Assembly (NCBI GenBank): GCA_011109175.1
Contig: RDEW01000117.1
Span: forward strand, 3,181 to 60,255
From: Dicyema japonicum
Lineage: Eukaryota > Animalia > Dicyemida
Direction of reading: 5' to 3'
Length of the DNA: 57,075 nucleotides
The position numbers and the translations under genes were made by a program. This document shows positions 12,345 through 24,850 of this stretch, piece by piece (position 1 is the stretch's first letter; each line of letters starts with the position of its first letter). The notes below the pieces were generated by a model that was not told the origin of the DNA, searched no databases, and saw only the letters and a list, made by a program, of their open reading frames with translations.

Positions 12345-14744
12345 CATCATTTAACAGATAGTAGGGAAGAGAACCCCAGAATCCAAAAAAGAAATAGTTT
12401 TTATTATTTTTAAATTTAGTCAAAAACAAACTAAAAAACAAAAATTTCCCAAAATATGATAATTGGTGATTTAAATTTTGGAATAAATCATATTTTGCTA
12501 AGTGATAACCTGATTTAGTTTTATGCCTTGTGTATTTACCCCCGGTCCCTCAACTGGCTAACAAAAGGGTAAAAGCCAAGACGGACGCTCTCACTGATCC
12601 GATAAGGTGATCTAGTGGGGGAGGTTAAAGGCGGGTCAGGAAATGAGAAGAGGTAACCCTGGTCTTTAAGAAAGAAGGAAGAGCGATTAAACTAAGATTT
12701 AGTTTTTTAAGCCCTCGTGTTACCTAAAGGAAGTTATGGGAACGATTATTTTAAAGGTCCCTAACTTTTTTTTGATTCCCAAATCTCATTGTAACATTAA
12801 TATAAAAAATATTGACCTCTTCTAACTGGGGACCTGTCTTGAGGTAGGGGGAATTCCCTCTCAATCACGAGATCTGTTTACTTAATACACTTTAATGATC
12901 AAGTTTTGGAATATTTTATATCTGAAAGCCACTTATTTTTGAATTTGTTTGAAATTATTGATTTTATATTAATCAACATTGTTAACTATTTTTTAAACTG
13001 GGGGAAATTTATTATGGTAAAATTGGGGACTGTTCGTCTTCAAGTTCGTCGTAGCGGAAGCCTCGGGGATTCTTGGATGCAACCTTCATACGCCCCAGTG
13101 GATTATTTAGCATTAGAGGATTACTGACTGAGCACATTTCAATGAAAATCGTAAATAGAACTGTTGCCAGGAAATAATACTTTGTTCATTTCTTTAATAA
13201 AAAAATAAAATTGTTCAAAGAGAAAGGGTAAAGCCAAAGTGACTGATTCCTTTATCCTGACGCATTCCAGATGAACCTTTAAGACGATGATTCAAAGGAC
13301 CTTGCTCGGGGAGCTAAGGTCGATTCCAGAACTCGTCGCCTGGAACGAAATTGTCTCCAGGTGGAATGAATATTTTAATAAAATGGTTAATTTTTACAAT
13401 TTTCAAAATTAAATTATAACCCCTGTTTTTCTAAACTGAACAACCTTTAGTAATCACGTCATCAAGACAGGTCGCTCCCAGAGATCCTTCACCCTCATGT
13501 TGAGATAAATGCCACTAATTGCGTAATCTCTAAATAAATTCTCGAATCAACCAGAATTTTCTAAAAATTTATTTTTATTAAATATGTCAAAGTTAAATAT
13601 TTACGAATTTGTGATAAATCAGAATATCTATAATTATAAAATTATCATGAAAATCCGATCAAAATGAGATATAAACCGACCATTATGAGATACAAGATTT
13701 TTATAAGCGATTGATCACTAAAACGTGAAAGTTTTTAATATTTTGAATATTATGGGATTTATTATGTCTAAGACACGAAGTATCTAACTGGAGTTTGAAA
13801 ACACGGAACGGCTAAAATGGGATCTTTGCTGCGTCATATTTTTGTTTTAATCATCTGTTTGTGGTGTTTCAAGGTAATTCCGATATCATTCTCATAATTA
13901 ATATCAAAGGCCCTAAAATTTTTGATTTATTCATTTTGCAAAAAAAACGTGTTGAATTTAAAAAAAACAAAAATGGTGATTAGAAGGCCCCAGCCCTGAG
14001 CATGGCTATTCCCTCTGAACTGGAAATACGCTCGAATACCCGACAGATTTTTGAGTGAATCCTTAACTCATACAGTCCTCAAACTACGAGGATATTTTGC
14101 AAATTTATTTTTTGTTTGAAATCTGCGGAAGATCATAAACATTGGCACCGAAAATCAATTTGGTCCGTCCAGTTGTTTGGGAGATTCAGGTAACTCTCAA
14201 AATCATTTAGATAATTTAACCCCCTCAACGCGTATGTTAAGCAAATTAATCGAGATTTTGAGGGTCAACGACTTTCAGTTATGTTGTTTTCACTTTTGAA
14301 AAACTGTTTGACCACGTGACATTTAGTTTTCGTGAAACACTTTTATTTTGACTTAAAAAACTTAGTAGAATTGGAATGAGTAATTCAACTATTAATTTGT
14401 CAGATTAAAAAATTAGGTTTTGATTTTAACCACGTGGATACTGTCTCCATGTCTGGGAACGTGTACTAAAGTCTAGAAAAGATTGAAGTTGGAAGTTTTT
14501 TTAATTATCATTGAAAGTCACATGCTGTCACAGGCGTTATGCTCATCGAAATAACTCTGAGTCTTATTATCTGGTCTCGGACCCTATGTCTGGCTGGACA
14601 AGTATGCCAATCATAGAAAACCAACATATGCGCAAGTGCGTACCCCACAAAAAAAGTTTTAACCTAGGAAGGACTTGTGAGTAAATTATATGAGACATGG
14701 ATGAATGTTTTGGGAATGGATAACTCTCAAGGGAATATTTCAAA

Positions 14745-15010
14745 TTTTATTTTATTAGCCCAGGCTTACAAACTTTGGTAAGCCCAGCGCAAACAGTCAC
14801 AGCTAATTAATCCAAGGTAGGAATCACAAGAGAGAACGTCTGTTTGTGTTGACTAAGTCCATCCTCAGATAGTCTATTACGTGACACAAAAACTCGACCC
14901 TCACGGGTGGGATCTGTTTGAATTGAACTTCACTGAAAGCTCCATCTTTCGGATTCGAACCCATGACTGTCAGATCCGACGTCATCAGACATACGTTCAG
15001 TCTGAAAGAC
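14745..15010 (-). mobile_element. Putative tRNA-derived SINE
   Basis: Pol III B-box GGGTTCGAATCC (reverse complement at 14951-14962) in a degenerate tRNA-like head. The ~41-nt 3' end recurs at 54606-54646. A-rich tail. Confidence 0.45.
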
Positions 15011-15345
15011 TATCACATTTATTTATTTAATAATAAAGTGGCAGTCGAGACGTCTGGTGCCGCGGAATTATCACAGCCTCTTTCCTGGAGGAAATCGGAG
15101 GGAAATTGGTCCACCGTAAGAAAAACGTGCGGGAAACGGTCTGGCTGAGGCAAAAAATTGGATTGCTGTTGTCGCAGAAACGCTTACTCCGTAATGTCAG
15201 CAGCCGCTCTTCCCCATAGTTAATAAATAATATATTATTTTAAATAAATTATTAAATTATTTACATAAAAAATAATAATAAAATAGAAAGCCTATCATAA
15301 CAAATATATAGTTTATTTAATTTAATTAACTTTATTAATTTTTCA

Positions 15346-15721
15346 CTTTATGTTATGTTAGCCAATTAAGTCGTGTCCGACCCTTGGAGATCTCATGAAC
15401 AAGTTTCTTCACTCTCCCCGATCCGTCGTAATTTGGAGTAGCCTTGATATAGACATTCCCGTGAGGTCTTCCACCGTGGATAGCCACCGAGTCCCTCGGT
15501 CGACCAGGTCTTCTCTTTCCAATAATATTGCTCAGAATAATGGTTCTTTCCAGGGAGTCAGAGCGGACAACATGCCCAAAGAACGCCAATCTGTGTTCTG
15601 CGATTCTAACTTGTAGCGAAATGTCCGTTTCCACCCGTTTGAGTACATAGTTTCATTTTAAATTTAATTTATTTAATTTTATTGTTATAAATAAATTTCT
15701 TTTACTAAAAAAAAAAAAAAA
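15346..15721 (-). mobile_element. 5'-truncated RTE (BovB-like) insertion with 34-bp flanking direct repeats
   Basis: HRLAFFGHVVRSDSLERTIILSNIIGKRRPGRP...LVHEISKGRTRLN with a (TAACA)n tail. Identical 34-mers at 15312-15345 and 15722-15755. Confidence 0.85.
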
Positions 15722-15839
15722 TTTATTTAATTTAATTAACTTTATTAATTTTTCATTACATTTAATTATATTTAATATTTGATTTTAAATCTAATTAGTT
15801 TGTTCGTTCATGTAATTGTTACCAGTTGGAACAAAACAA

Positions 15840-16590
15840 TCAATATAATCCAACTGAAAGAATTGAGTGGTTGTTTCCCGACAACTGTCTGAGAAATCCT
15901 TTGGAACCGCCACTCGTTGCCCGGCGCTTATCACTCGCTTTCAATATCATTGTCTTTATTACTATCAACTTAACAAAATAAACACATGGAATTAGAAGGA
16001 AGATTCTGGAACTTCGAGCCCTCCTCTCCGAGAATAGGGTCGACCTCGCTCTCATCAAGTAATCCAAAATTTCATCCTCCCACGCCAACACCTTCCTTTT
16101 TTGGATACATAGTGATCCGTAAGGATCGTCAGAGAAGACCATGTTGAGGCCTACTCACAATTGTGGAAAACGGTATACCCTTCATGGACGTAAGTCAACG
16201 AACCTCATAGCTTTCGGGCTCAGACAATACTATGGAGTAGGCTACCATCAAATCCAGCTGTTCACGTCTCTTTAGGTTAATTGGTCAATTTATACATTCT
16301 CCACAAGTATCCTGTACAACATCTAACACTTTCAATCTACCCTGCCTGCACACCTCTCAGTTTGGTATGCTCCACAGTCCTCTGACAGTCGTGGTGAGTT
16401 CATCGCGAATGGTTTTATTTATATGATTATCCTGAATGACCCTAAATTACACACAAGAACGCCATTAAGGAGCACTGATAGCTGCACATGTACGGATTTA
16501 ACTTTATGCTCCCCTCTTTGGCAAGACTTGTTTCGTGGAATTTGAATTATAGTTTTTCCAGCGACCAAAGTCCCATCTTATGTTAAAAGG
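15840..16590 (-). mobile_element. Deleted CRE-like non-LTR retrotransposon remnant (RT palm to RLE C-terminus)
   Basis: DGTLVAG (YxDDGTL region) near 16570 and QRISQTVV-GNNHSILS-type C-terminus near 15870. Heavily frameshifted. Confidence 0.6.
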
Positions 16591-17297
16591 AATCCGAGGA
16601 CGTCGGACACTGCAGACTGAAGTGAAAAAAATCAAAAACTATAGGAAGGTTGATTGATCCGTCTTGATTGGAATTGGCGAAGGACTCTCAAAAATACATT
16701 TACAAAAAAACGAAGAAACTAAATGAAAAATGCCACCCGATGGAATTGAAATTTTTGAAAACCATCAGCATCAAATGTAGGGTCCCCCTCCAATGTAGTA
16801 GGGAAAGGAAAAATCTATTTTATACCCCGGCCTGGCACTGGGCGTCTTCTTTGCAGATGAATCATATGACTTCTCTTTGGAATTGAAGAAACCACAGAGC
16901 AAAAAAGGTGACAATCATTAATATTTGAGAACACCAGACCACCAAGAAAAATGTTAAAAACAACTAATTAAGTGATCCCAGACTTTTCTTGCTTAGTCTT
17001 CAAATATCCCAGTTGTAGAACGGTAGAGCCCGCCGCGAGTGCATACAGGAACTCGATTGGTTGTCTTTTTAGGAGCGATCGACGTTTCCTGCGTGAGCTC
17101 CACGTTAATGAATATTTATTACCCCCAGGATCACTGGTCAAAGACTGAAAGTTTGAGCCGATACTATGTACAATGAGAAAAGCTGTACAGGATTCTCCAC
17201 CCCGACGGACTCGTCCAGTTGAGAACGTTAATAAATGAGATTTAATTATTAATGAAAATTATACAATTAATAAAAATTTAAAGTTAATAATAATAAA

Positions 17298-17764
17298 ATG
17301 TCTTATGTGAGTCGATGATGTTGTAATTATTTTAGTTGTCATCCGTGAAATCAGTACTACAGCGTGGAGGGTCATATCTGAAACCAATTGTAAGCAAGTC
17401 TACCTCTGTTGCTTGCAAAGTTGCACAGAGAACTCAGGCATACGCAGCTGATGTCATAAGACCCGCTCTAAACACCCGTATTGGACAATTGTTAACATCC
17501 ATTGAAATAAGAAATGCACTTAACTGTGCGAAGGTAGAGCTACGTCCCCCCAATTTTACGGAAATGTCTCGATTCTCTAGGGAAATGAACCAATTTGTTC
17601 GTTATATGAGCGAGAGACATTACAGGCAGCTGACAGTATCTGAATTTTTTATAGGATTTTGTGTGTTTGTTGAAGTGATGTGTTGGTTCTTTGTTGGGGA
17701 AGTTATTGGAAGGCGATCACTCATTGGTTATGATGTCCCCGGTTGTCGTAACTTTGGTCATTAA
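17298..17764 (+). CDS. ATP5MG: Mitochondrial ATP synthase subunit g, intact
   Basis: ATG TCT TAT, 29-nt intron (17307-17335), then an open frame with KVELRPP...LTVSE...EVMCWFFVGEVIGRRSLIGYDV, ending in TAA. Confidence 0.93.
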
Positions 17765-18363
17765 TTGTTACTAATTATTAATAATTCTAATAAAGATAAT
17801 TTATTAATTTTGGCTCTTAACCGAAGACATGGGGTAAAAGTCATCTCGAGGACATTGACGAGAAGATCACTGCTATCCAGGTAAGGGAGTGTAGTGACGG
17901 AATTGTGAATCACTGGAAGGACGCAACTGTCACCAAACACTCTGGAAATCCTGATTCGTCTAAACGCTGGAAAATGTCTGCTACGCCGGTCACTTCTCTG
18001 TTTGGGCTCAAGGGAGGAACGCCGAACCAGGTGAAGGCTTTGCTGAAACTAAGGGGTCACATAGTTATCTACTTCTGGTCTTTACTAATGGTTTCTATTT
18101 CAAAACTTAGGATTTCTGATGTCTCTTGAATCCACCAAGAAGTGGTACGAATGAATACACAAGCGTGGTAGAGCTGTCAGTTTACCAGCGCGAGTGCGGG
18201 CAAGATGACTTGTGAGACACCGGAAACCTTAAGCTCTAACAAAACAAGTTTTGGATGACCTCGGTTCAAATAAATTCCTGATTTTTAAGTTAAAAATTAA
18301 TTTCTTATAAATATTTTAGACCACAAGAAAAATAGAAATTCATAAAGAATAGAAAGTAAAAAT

Positions 18364-21300
18364 CTATTTGAAGGATTTCAACTCGATGCTTACGGATGCT
18401 TCAACTCCGTCAACAGTGTTAAACTTGTGGATAATATTTTCGTCATCATCATCCCACTCAATCTCAGTGGACCCGATCTCAACTAACTATTACTCCCAAA
18501 ACATACAATTTGGACTGAAGAACATGGGGTAGTATATCAGCAGTTGTATTGGTGGACAGAAATGAGCTGCAATTTGGAAATGAAAGGGGGAGTCGGCCCA
18601 CAAAATGAGTCCATTAATCACAGTACTGAGGGAGGCCTCCATCGTGAATCCCTCAATAGTCAGATTACAGTGATGAGGACGGTCAGACCAGAGGGTAAAG
18701 TCAGAACCAAAGTCGACAGAATTCAGTTTTATTCTCAGTATCTTATTGATAGTGAGCCCCGATGAAGAGAAGCAGAGATCATTCTTGGTGTTCAAATACA
18801 TGGAAAGAGCAGCTTGGTATTTATCCACCAACTCTAAACTGACAGTGATACAATCGACTACCAGTCATCAGTTTTTAAGGCTCTCAGAGACATCGACTTC
18901 GTGTGATAGTAAACCACGAGTAGGTTTCTGTCATTGATGGAGCACTTAAAGTCTGAAAGGGGAGTCAACTTTAATAAAACGTAAAATCAACAGGCATGTG
19001 GAGAATCAGAGAAGACTCACATTTGTTGTCAAACACGTCCGAATGTGTCCCCGTGAACAAGGTCATGAGGACCATGTCATTGAAAACCAAAATTAGCACG
19101 TTCTTGTTCGGTTTATACTGCAATGAGTGAGAATTGTGCCTTAAAGAGGGAGTGATGAACTAGGACTCGTTTTCCCAGGAAATTCGTGTCTGAGGTGATC
19201 TTGAAAGGCTCCTTTGTACCGAATTCCCCAAATTCCAACCGTTTGTTGACCCATTTCAGTTTTTCCGCGTTGATCAAGTCGCTGAACAAATCGTCGACTT
19301 CTCTGGAAAAAGAATCGATCATAGACTTTGCCTTCATAAGATTGGGGTCCTTAACTTTTTTAGCAATCTTGGAATAACAGATCTGGTCAACCTCACTAAT
19401 ACTTAGGGAATATCGGCACAATCTCTGAACTGGCTGGAGAAACATGGTTTGAAGGTGTACTTTACTCTTGCCAGTCCTTTCCTAAATGTAAGAAGGCTCA
19501 GTTACTTCTATTCTCCGACAACCCATCGTCGGCACCATTCAGGAGTTTCCCCAGTATGTGGGAGTCACTCACGTACTGCTTGTATGGGGAGAGACGAGGG
19601 AACTGGAATACAGCAAAATTATACATTTTCAACAAGAATGTCCCCAATGTTGGGTGATCCCGTCAATATTCGATCCCGCAAGGATCTACAGTAAGATAAC
19701 GGTTACTTGGCCAAGGAAACATGAACTTCCATAATTTCCTCAATATTTGAGAACAACGATCTCCTCTGATCAGTACATTCAGCCAATCCTTTACTAATTT
19801 CAGTCAAAATAGCAAAATAGTCCCCAGTCTGAGTTTCCTCCGCGACAAACCGGTTAACGGCATCCATTCCTACTTAATTTGTAATAAAAAAGTAAATAAT
19901 AATTTATTAATCGAAATGTTAGACTTAATAGGTACATTCAAGACACGACTGGGGAAACCATCCAGTCTGGTTCTCGGTATTCCGTCCAAAACACATATTT
20001 CCCCCTCTTCCCATGATTTCCACATATTCTCCAGCTTTCAGGCTCAAATGACTACGGCAGGGACTTGAATAATCACACATTACACAAACGGATTCATTAA
20101 CTGACTCCACCTGTCTATGAACCCCCAATAATACTTGTATTTGCTGAATAAAATTCTTTGGAAAAATCCCCACGCGTCCAGCAATTTCTCCCTCACACCA
20201 ATCCTCGTCCACAACAGTGGTCATCAACACCACATCCCCAATTTGCAAATCAAGGTCTCCTTCTTCTTCCCCGTCGAATTTATATTTAGCAACAACGAAC
20301 ACTACAATGACTCCTCCACAAACCTGAATTCCCGGGAAACGACTTATCTCCACCAAGCTCAATCACATGTGACCGGGGGAACCACCCAATCTGAATATAA
20401 TAGCTAATATACAGAGTCATTGACCCTCCCAATCCACCACGGAGAGTCTTCTACCGTTTTATCTAACAGTTCAAATCTCTGCCCTTTAACAAATGACACG
20501 TGGTTTGATTTACTCCCTTAAAGTCCATGGTTGCTTCAACCATTCCTATCACTTTCCCCCACCAGTCTCATTAATGCCCCTTGTATTACGCGGGAAGAAT
20601 TATCCTCATTCATAATCCCCCAGTCCACGTTTCCAGAAATATCCTCATTCATAATCCCCCAGTCCACGTGTCCAGAAATATCCTCATTCATAATCCCCCA
20701 GTCCACGTGTCCAGAATTATCCTCATTCAAATTCTGCCAGTCTATCTGGTTGATATTGTCTTCAAGATTCACATCTTGTATGTCCGAGAAATTATTCCCC
20801 CATGAGATACAATTATCAAAAAAGGGGGTAAATCTAAATCACAACTCAATTATACGGCTTATCCTTCTTCGTGACACTCTGTTCCATTACTTTGTTAACC
20901 AACATGACCCGCTCACTCATGGCTTTAATTTTCAGCACATTTGAGTTATCAGCCGTCCCAGCATTAGCCAGTTCTACCTTCAGTCTCTACCACTAACAAC
21001 AGGTATAACCTCAATCTCCTGAAGGAGCCGTTCTATTTCGCCCTCAACCTTCCGTTTGAGCTCTAATATTCTCTGAGATTCCTCTGACTCAAACTTATAT
21101 TCTTGTATGACACGTGATATTTCTTCCTTTTGAGAATCTATGTCAAAGGAGGTCCTTCTAGACTTTGATGGCACGGGTAGGGAAATCTGTCTATTACGAA
21201 TAATACACGTGGTTTATATCACTTTGACGTGGTTGGTAACTCATGTGGGTGAATCTGCTGAGTCATCCTTTGGGGTAATCTCGGCTGTTGGGGATGCACA

Positions 21301-22357
21301 GACTGACGTTGAGGATCTAATCAGTGATAAAACGTAGTACCACAAGACCACATTTCACCTGACTTGGGGAAACTGTCCACCTGACCAACCGAATGACCCC
21401 AATTTGGCTGAAGATTTTGAGGAATTGTCCTTTCATTTTGAGGTTGGGGATCTTATAAGTCATAAACGTGATACCATTAGACCACATTGGACCTGATTGG
21501 GGGAAATTGTCCACTCGAGCAACCGGATGACTCCAATTTGGTTGAACATCTACGAACATTAAAATATTATACACCCGCCTGATGGGACACGTGGCTTGCC
21601 TGAGGAAACGTGGTGGAATCGTCGATCCCACGTGAGCCAGCCAATCCAGGTAGACGCCATCGATCACATGACCTAGGAACCTCACTTAACGAGGATGTAT
21701 TGTCCGGGACATTCTTGGATGACTGATTCCACTTGATATTTGACTGAGAATGTTTGGCCTGGGGGACAATTTGGGAAGAATCTGGCCGGAAAATTGATTT
21801 TTCGGGGAATGTCAGATTTGATGGAGGTTCTTGCCTGTCAGTTGTTTGGTTAGGTTCAAGCCACCCTATACAGGTCCTATTCTGGACGGGTGAGGCTTTG
21901 GGACAAGTGTCTTAACATCATTATGGCCATGGTACCTTAACATTTGACTTAGTGACCTTTGTGATCGAAAATTCTTTGAGTTGTTGAGTAAAGTCCAATT
22001 CCACAGTCTTTTTGAAGAAATTATTGATGGAATGAGTCAGTTGTACTGGCAGTTTTTCAGGTACCTTCTCCCCAACCATGACGGCAGTGATGACTTTCAT
22101 TACACAGCAAAACTGGGATTCGTCAAGACTACCAGATTTAGACGTGTCCACCAAATCCCTTGAATAACGAATAGCGATAACCATATTTGGGCTAACCTAT
22201 TGTCTGGCAGCTTAGATTTACTCAAAAGAGGACCCAGGATTTGGCCTACAATGTTACGATAGGGACTACCAGAGACAACCCCATTTATTGGATTTAATCT
22301 GCTAAATTGGTTCCGCCATTTTGATATTTCATTATCAGAACAGATCCAAATCACCAT
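18364..22357 (-). CDS. ITSN: Intersectin, long form: EH - coiled coil - 3 SH3 - DH (RhoGEF) - PH - C2
   Basis: EH: WICSDNEISKWRNQFSRLNPINGVVSG|QILGP...LAQIW|DLVDTSKSGSLDESQFCCVMK. SH3s: PWWIGRVNDS|IGWFPRSHV, DWCEGEIAGRVGIFPKNFI, TGWFPQSCLE. DH: LFSNIEEI..IGDILVEN..MFLQPVQRLCRY. DH-PH linker: LKWVNKR..TNFLGKRVLVHHS. C2 end: FSPNFEIGSTEI. Many 21-24-nt introns and several homopolymer indels. Confidence 0.9.
20596..20729 (-). repeat. Coding tandem repeat, 39 nt (13 aa NEDISG[H/N]VDWGIM) x ~3.4, inside intersectin
   Basis: AGAA(A/T)TATCCTCATTCATAATCCCCCAGTCCACGT(G/T)TCC repeated head to tail. Confidence 0.95.
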
Positions 22358-22436
22358 ATCTAATTTCTAATTTTATTTATTAAAATATTTTTAATTAAAA
22401 AAAATTATTTTTAATTAATAAAATTAGAAATCAATT

Positions 22437-22798
22437 AAAACAAGGACGCCCTGACGGCATGACCTCCTTTTTTCGAGCGAGGGCGAAACCTTGTATGGGG
22501 TGTGACCTGTGTCTGCTCTTTCGCCCCAAGCAAAAAAAATAATTCACCGGGAAGACCTTCTTCTCAAGCAGAGGAAATGAAAAATGCTAAGTATTCGGAT
22601 ATCAGCGACAGGTACATTTTCGCACCTGTCGCGATTGAAACTTCGGGGAACTTTGGCCCTAAAACGCTGAAGTTCCTGAATCATCTTGGAAAACTACTAT
22701 CCGACAAAACTGTGATCTTCGTGAGACGAGATGGCTCAAGGAGAGGCTCTCGTTGGCTGTTGTCCGTGGGAATAGCTTATGCATCTCCCAACAGCTGA
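22437..22798 (+). mobile_element. CRE-like retrotransposon 3' fragment (restriction-like endonuclease), ~80 bp upstream of the ITSN start
   Basis: GRPDGMT..., VTCVCSFAPS, AEEMKNAKYSDI..YIFAPVAIETSGNFGP, and ERLSLAVVRGNS across frameshifts. Confidence 0.85.
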
Positions 22799-23820
22799 AT
22801 AATTAAAATTAAAATTAACTATTCTTTTTCCTTATAATAAAAAAACAAATTTTATACAAGTTTTGTTTAACTGCTTTCAGTAGATATTGATTCTATAAAC
22901 TCGTATTATATGATTTGTGAGTTTGTGGTTAAATTTCCTAACAGAAGGCTTCGTTCTGCTGCTTTCATGCAAGGTCATTGCGATACAAATAGTCTATCCC
23001 TAGAGTCTCTCAGGAATTTAAGTAGAAATCAGCATACTTTCATGCTGATACAGCCTAGTTCGAGTACAAAGGAGAATTTTATCCTAAAAAGACACTGATT
23101 AGAGACTGGCATAATTCGAGAGACACCATTTGTGAACCCTTCCCGTGAGGATTGTTGAATAGTAAAGAAGGAAATGAAGCATAGTAAATGAAAAAAATCA
23201 ATTCCATTGATTTGTTAATTAAATTATTCAACAATTATTATTCATGCGTTAACTTAGGAGATAATTGTGCTATTGGAATTTTCCCAGGGGACCACAAGAG
23301 ATTGATACGCGAATGAAGATCTAGAGGCCAATCTCTTCCAAAATATCACTTTGCCAAAATATTTTTCGTCTTTTCCAATTGTGATCAGTTCTTCCCTGAT
23401 TTTGTCAAAAATCGTTTTAACCTGATTGAAATTTCTGAAAGAATTGTTATAGCATTTAAAGGTGTAACCGGTTTAAGCAGCTAGAACTGGACATCTCTTT
23501 CCCATGGTTATATCCTACCAGGAATAATCAGACAAGATATTTTGTAAAGAGAGTGAAATAACTTGTCGAGTATGCGATAGGGGACACACAAAATAGTAGA
23601 ACATACAGTGGTATTCAGTCTGCCTACTAGCATGGGTCTTCAATTCATTTGACCAATTTTCCTTAAATGGTCTCTTTGATTAATATTTGAACCGAACACC
23701 GATGTAACGTAGGAGTTTTTGGTCTACCAATGAAATCTCTTAAAATAATTAGAACGATGGAGAGAGTCCAGAACTACATAATGAATTTCCTCCACAGAGT
23801 GTCAAAGGCTCTCGATAAGT

Positions 23821-24850
23821 TTATCTAATGTTGGTGGTATTGTCGTATCTTTGGTGTGGCTGTTGATCTCCCTTCTCGAAAACCGTTTCGGCTATCTGGT
23901 AAGGATTCCAAAAGGGAGATGATTTGTTTTCAAATTTACGAATATAGTTCTTGTAAGTAAGAATCTCCTCTTCAGAAGACCTCGCCATTTTTAGGAAGTT
24001 GTGCTGTCTGTCCCCGAAATGTTCCATCACTTTTGTGACATTCAGTCATTGAGCGTATTCATCAATGATAAGGTGGATGTACTTCTGTTACGTTTAAGTA
24101 GGATTCGCAGGGACGTGTTCTGTATGACTTGTAGTTTGTGTGGACTTTGAAAAGATGTAATCCTAACCGCACGTGCATGTTCGATTGTTGGTAGGACATA
24201 TTTTTTGTATAATAATTCAAGTGTGTTTTATTCCCGGGCAGAAGGACTGATGTCCCTTAATTCGAATCTCGCTGCTGTACATTCTGGCTGAAGGTTCCAC
24301 GCATCTTGACGAGTGACACCGTCATCAGTGAACATCTTACTGCAGAACCGGATCTTCTACAAAAGGACTCACATCCAACAAAATAGCATTCCTTGGTTTT
24401 CCTTCATCGATTAATTATGATAACTGTTCTTAACAAAGTACTCTCGTCGTTGTATTACCTGGGATTTCCACTTCCAATCTCAGTATATTTCCTAAGAGCC
24501 TCCATCTCAAATCGGTAATCTCGAGACTCAAAGGATCAGTGTAGCAAACATTATACATAGCTCTCTTGCTTATTTTCCATGGCAAATTCAAACCGAGCAT
24601 TATCCTCAGCTGCTTCGATCAAATTAGTCTATCCTCCGTTCCTCAGCCTTGGAAATCGCCCACGTTTATGAATTATATAATAGGATTTGTTTAACAGGGG
24701 CATTTTACAGCCATAGCCGGAATGATGTACTTGATCGTCTTCCGTCAATCCAGTTATTTTTAGCATTGTTCGGTGCAGCTAAGGCAAGGGTCTTTTTAGA
24801 AAAATGTCCTGAAATTGAAATTTATTTCCAAAGATCACAGTTGAAGACAA
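23821..24850 (-). mobile_element. L2/Jockey-like LINE RT 3' remnant (copies at 31775-32730 and 49960-50960)
   Basis: LLYKKYVLPTIEHARAV..KLQVIQNTSLRILLKRNRSTST. Near-identical DNA in three places. Confidence 0.8.

Noticed and set aside
14214-14240. TTAA-CCCCC as a piggyBac terminus
   Set aside because: No matching opposite terminus or transposase motif was found.
14940-15010. tRNA gene on the minus strand
   Set aside because: Only the B-box/T-arm region is recognisable, with no convincing acceptor stem or D-arm. Treated as a SINE head.
17800-18290. Coding-looking GC-richer block between ATP5MG and ITSN
   Set aside because: Open stretches exist on both strands and there is a CAG|GTAAG donor, but no consistent exon chain or recognisable motif.
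20596-20729. Regular 39-nt repeats as a CRISPR array
   Set aside because: There are no unique spacers, the repeats lie in frame within a eukaryotic exon, and no cas genes are present.
20135-20944. Plus-strand ORFs of 74-137 aa (and similar ones over DDX27, RBBP6, the coiled-coil gene and LINEs)
   Set aside because: These are shadow ORFs antisense to, or out of frame with, identified coding sequence.
23300-23810. Possible GIY-YIG/Penelope remnant (YIG on the minus strand near 23700)
   Set aside because: A single short motif without the downstream R...EH spacing; not supportable.
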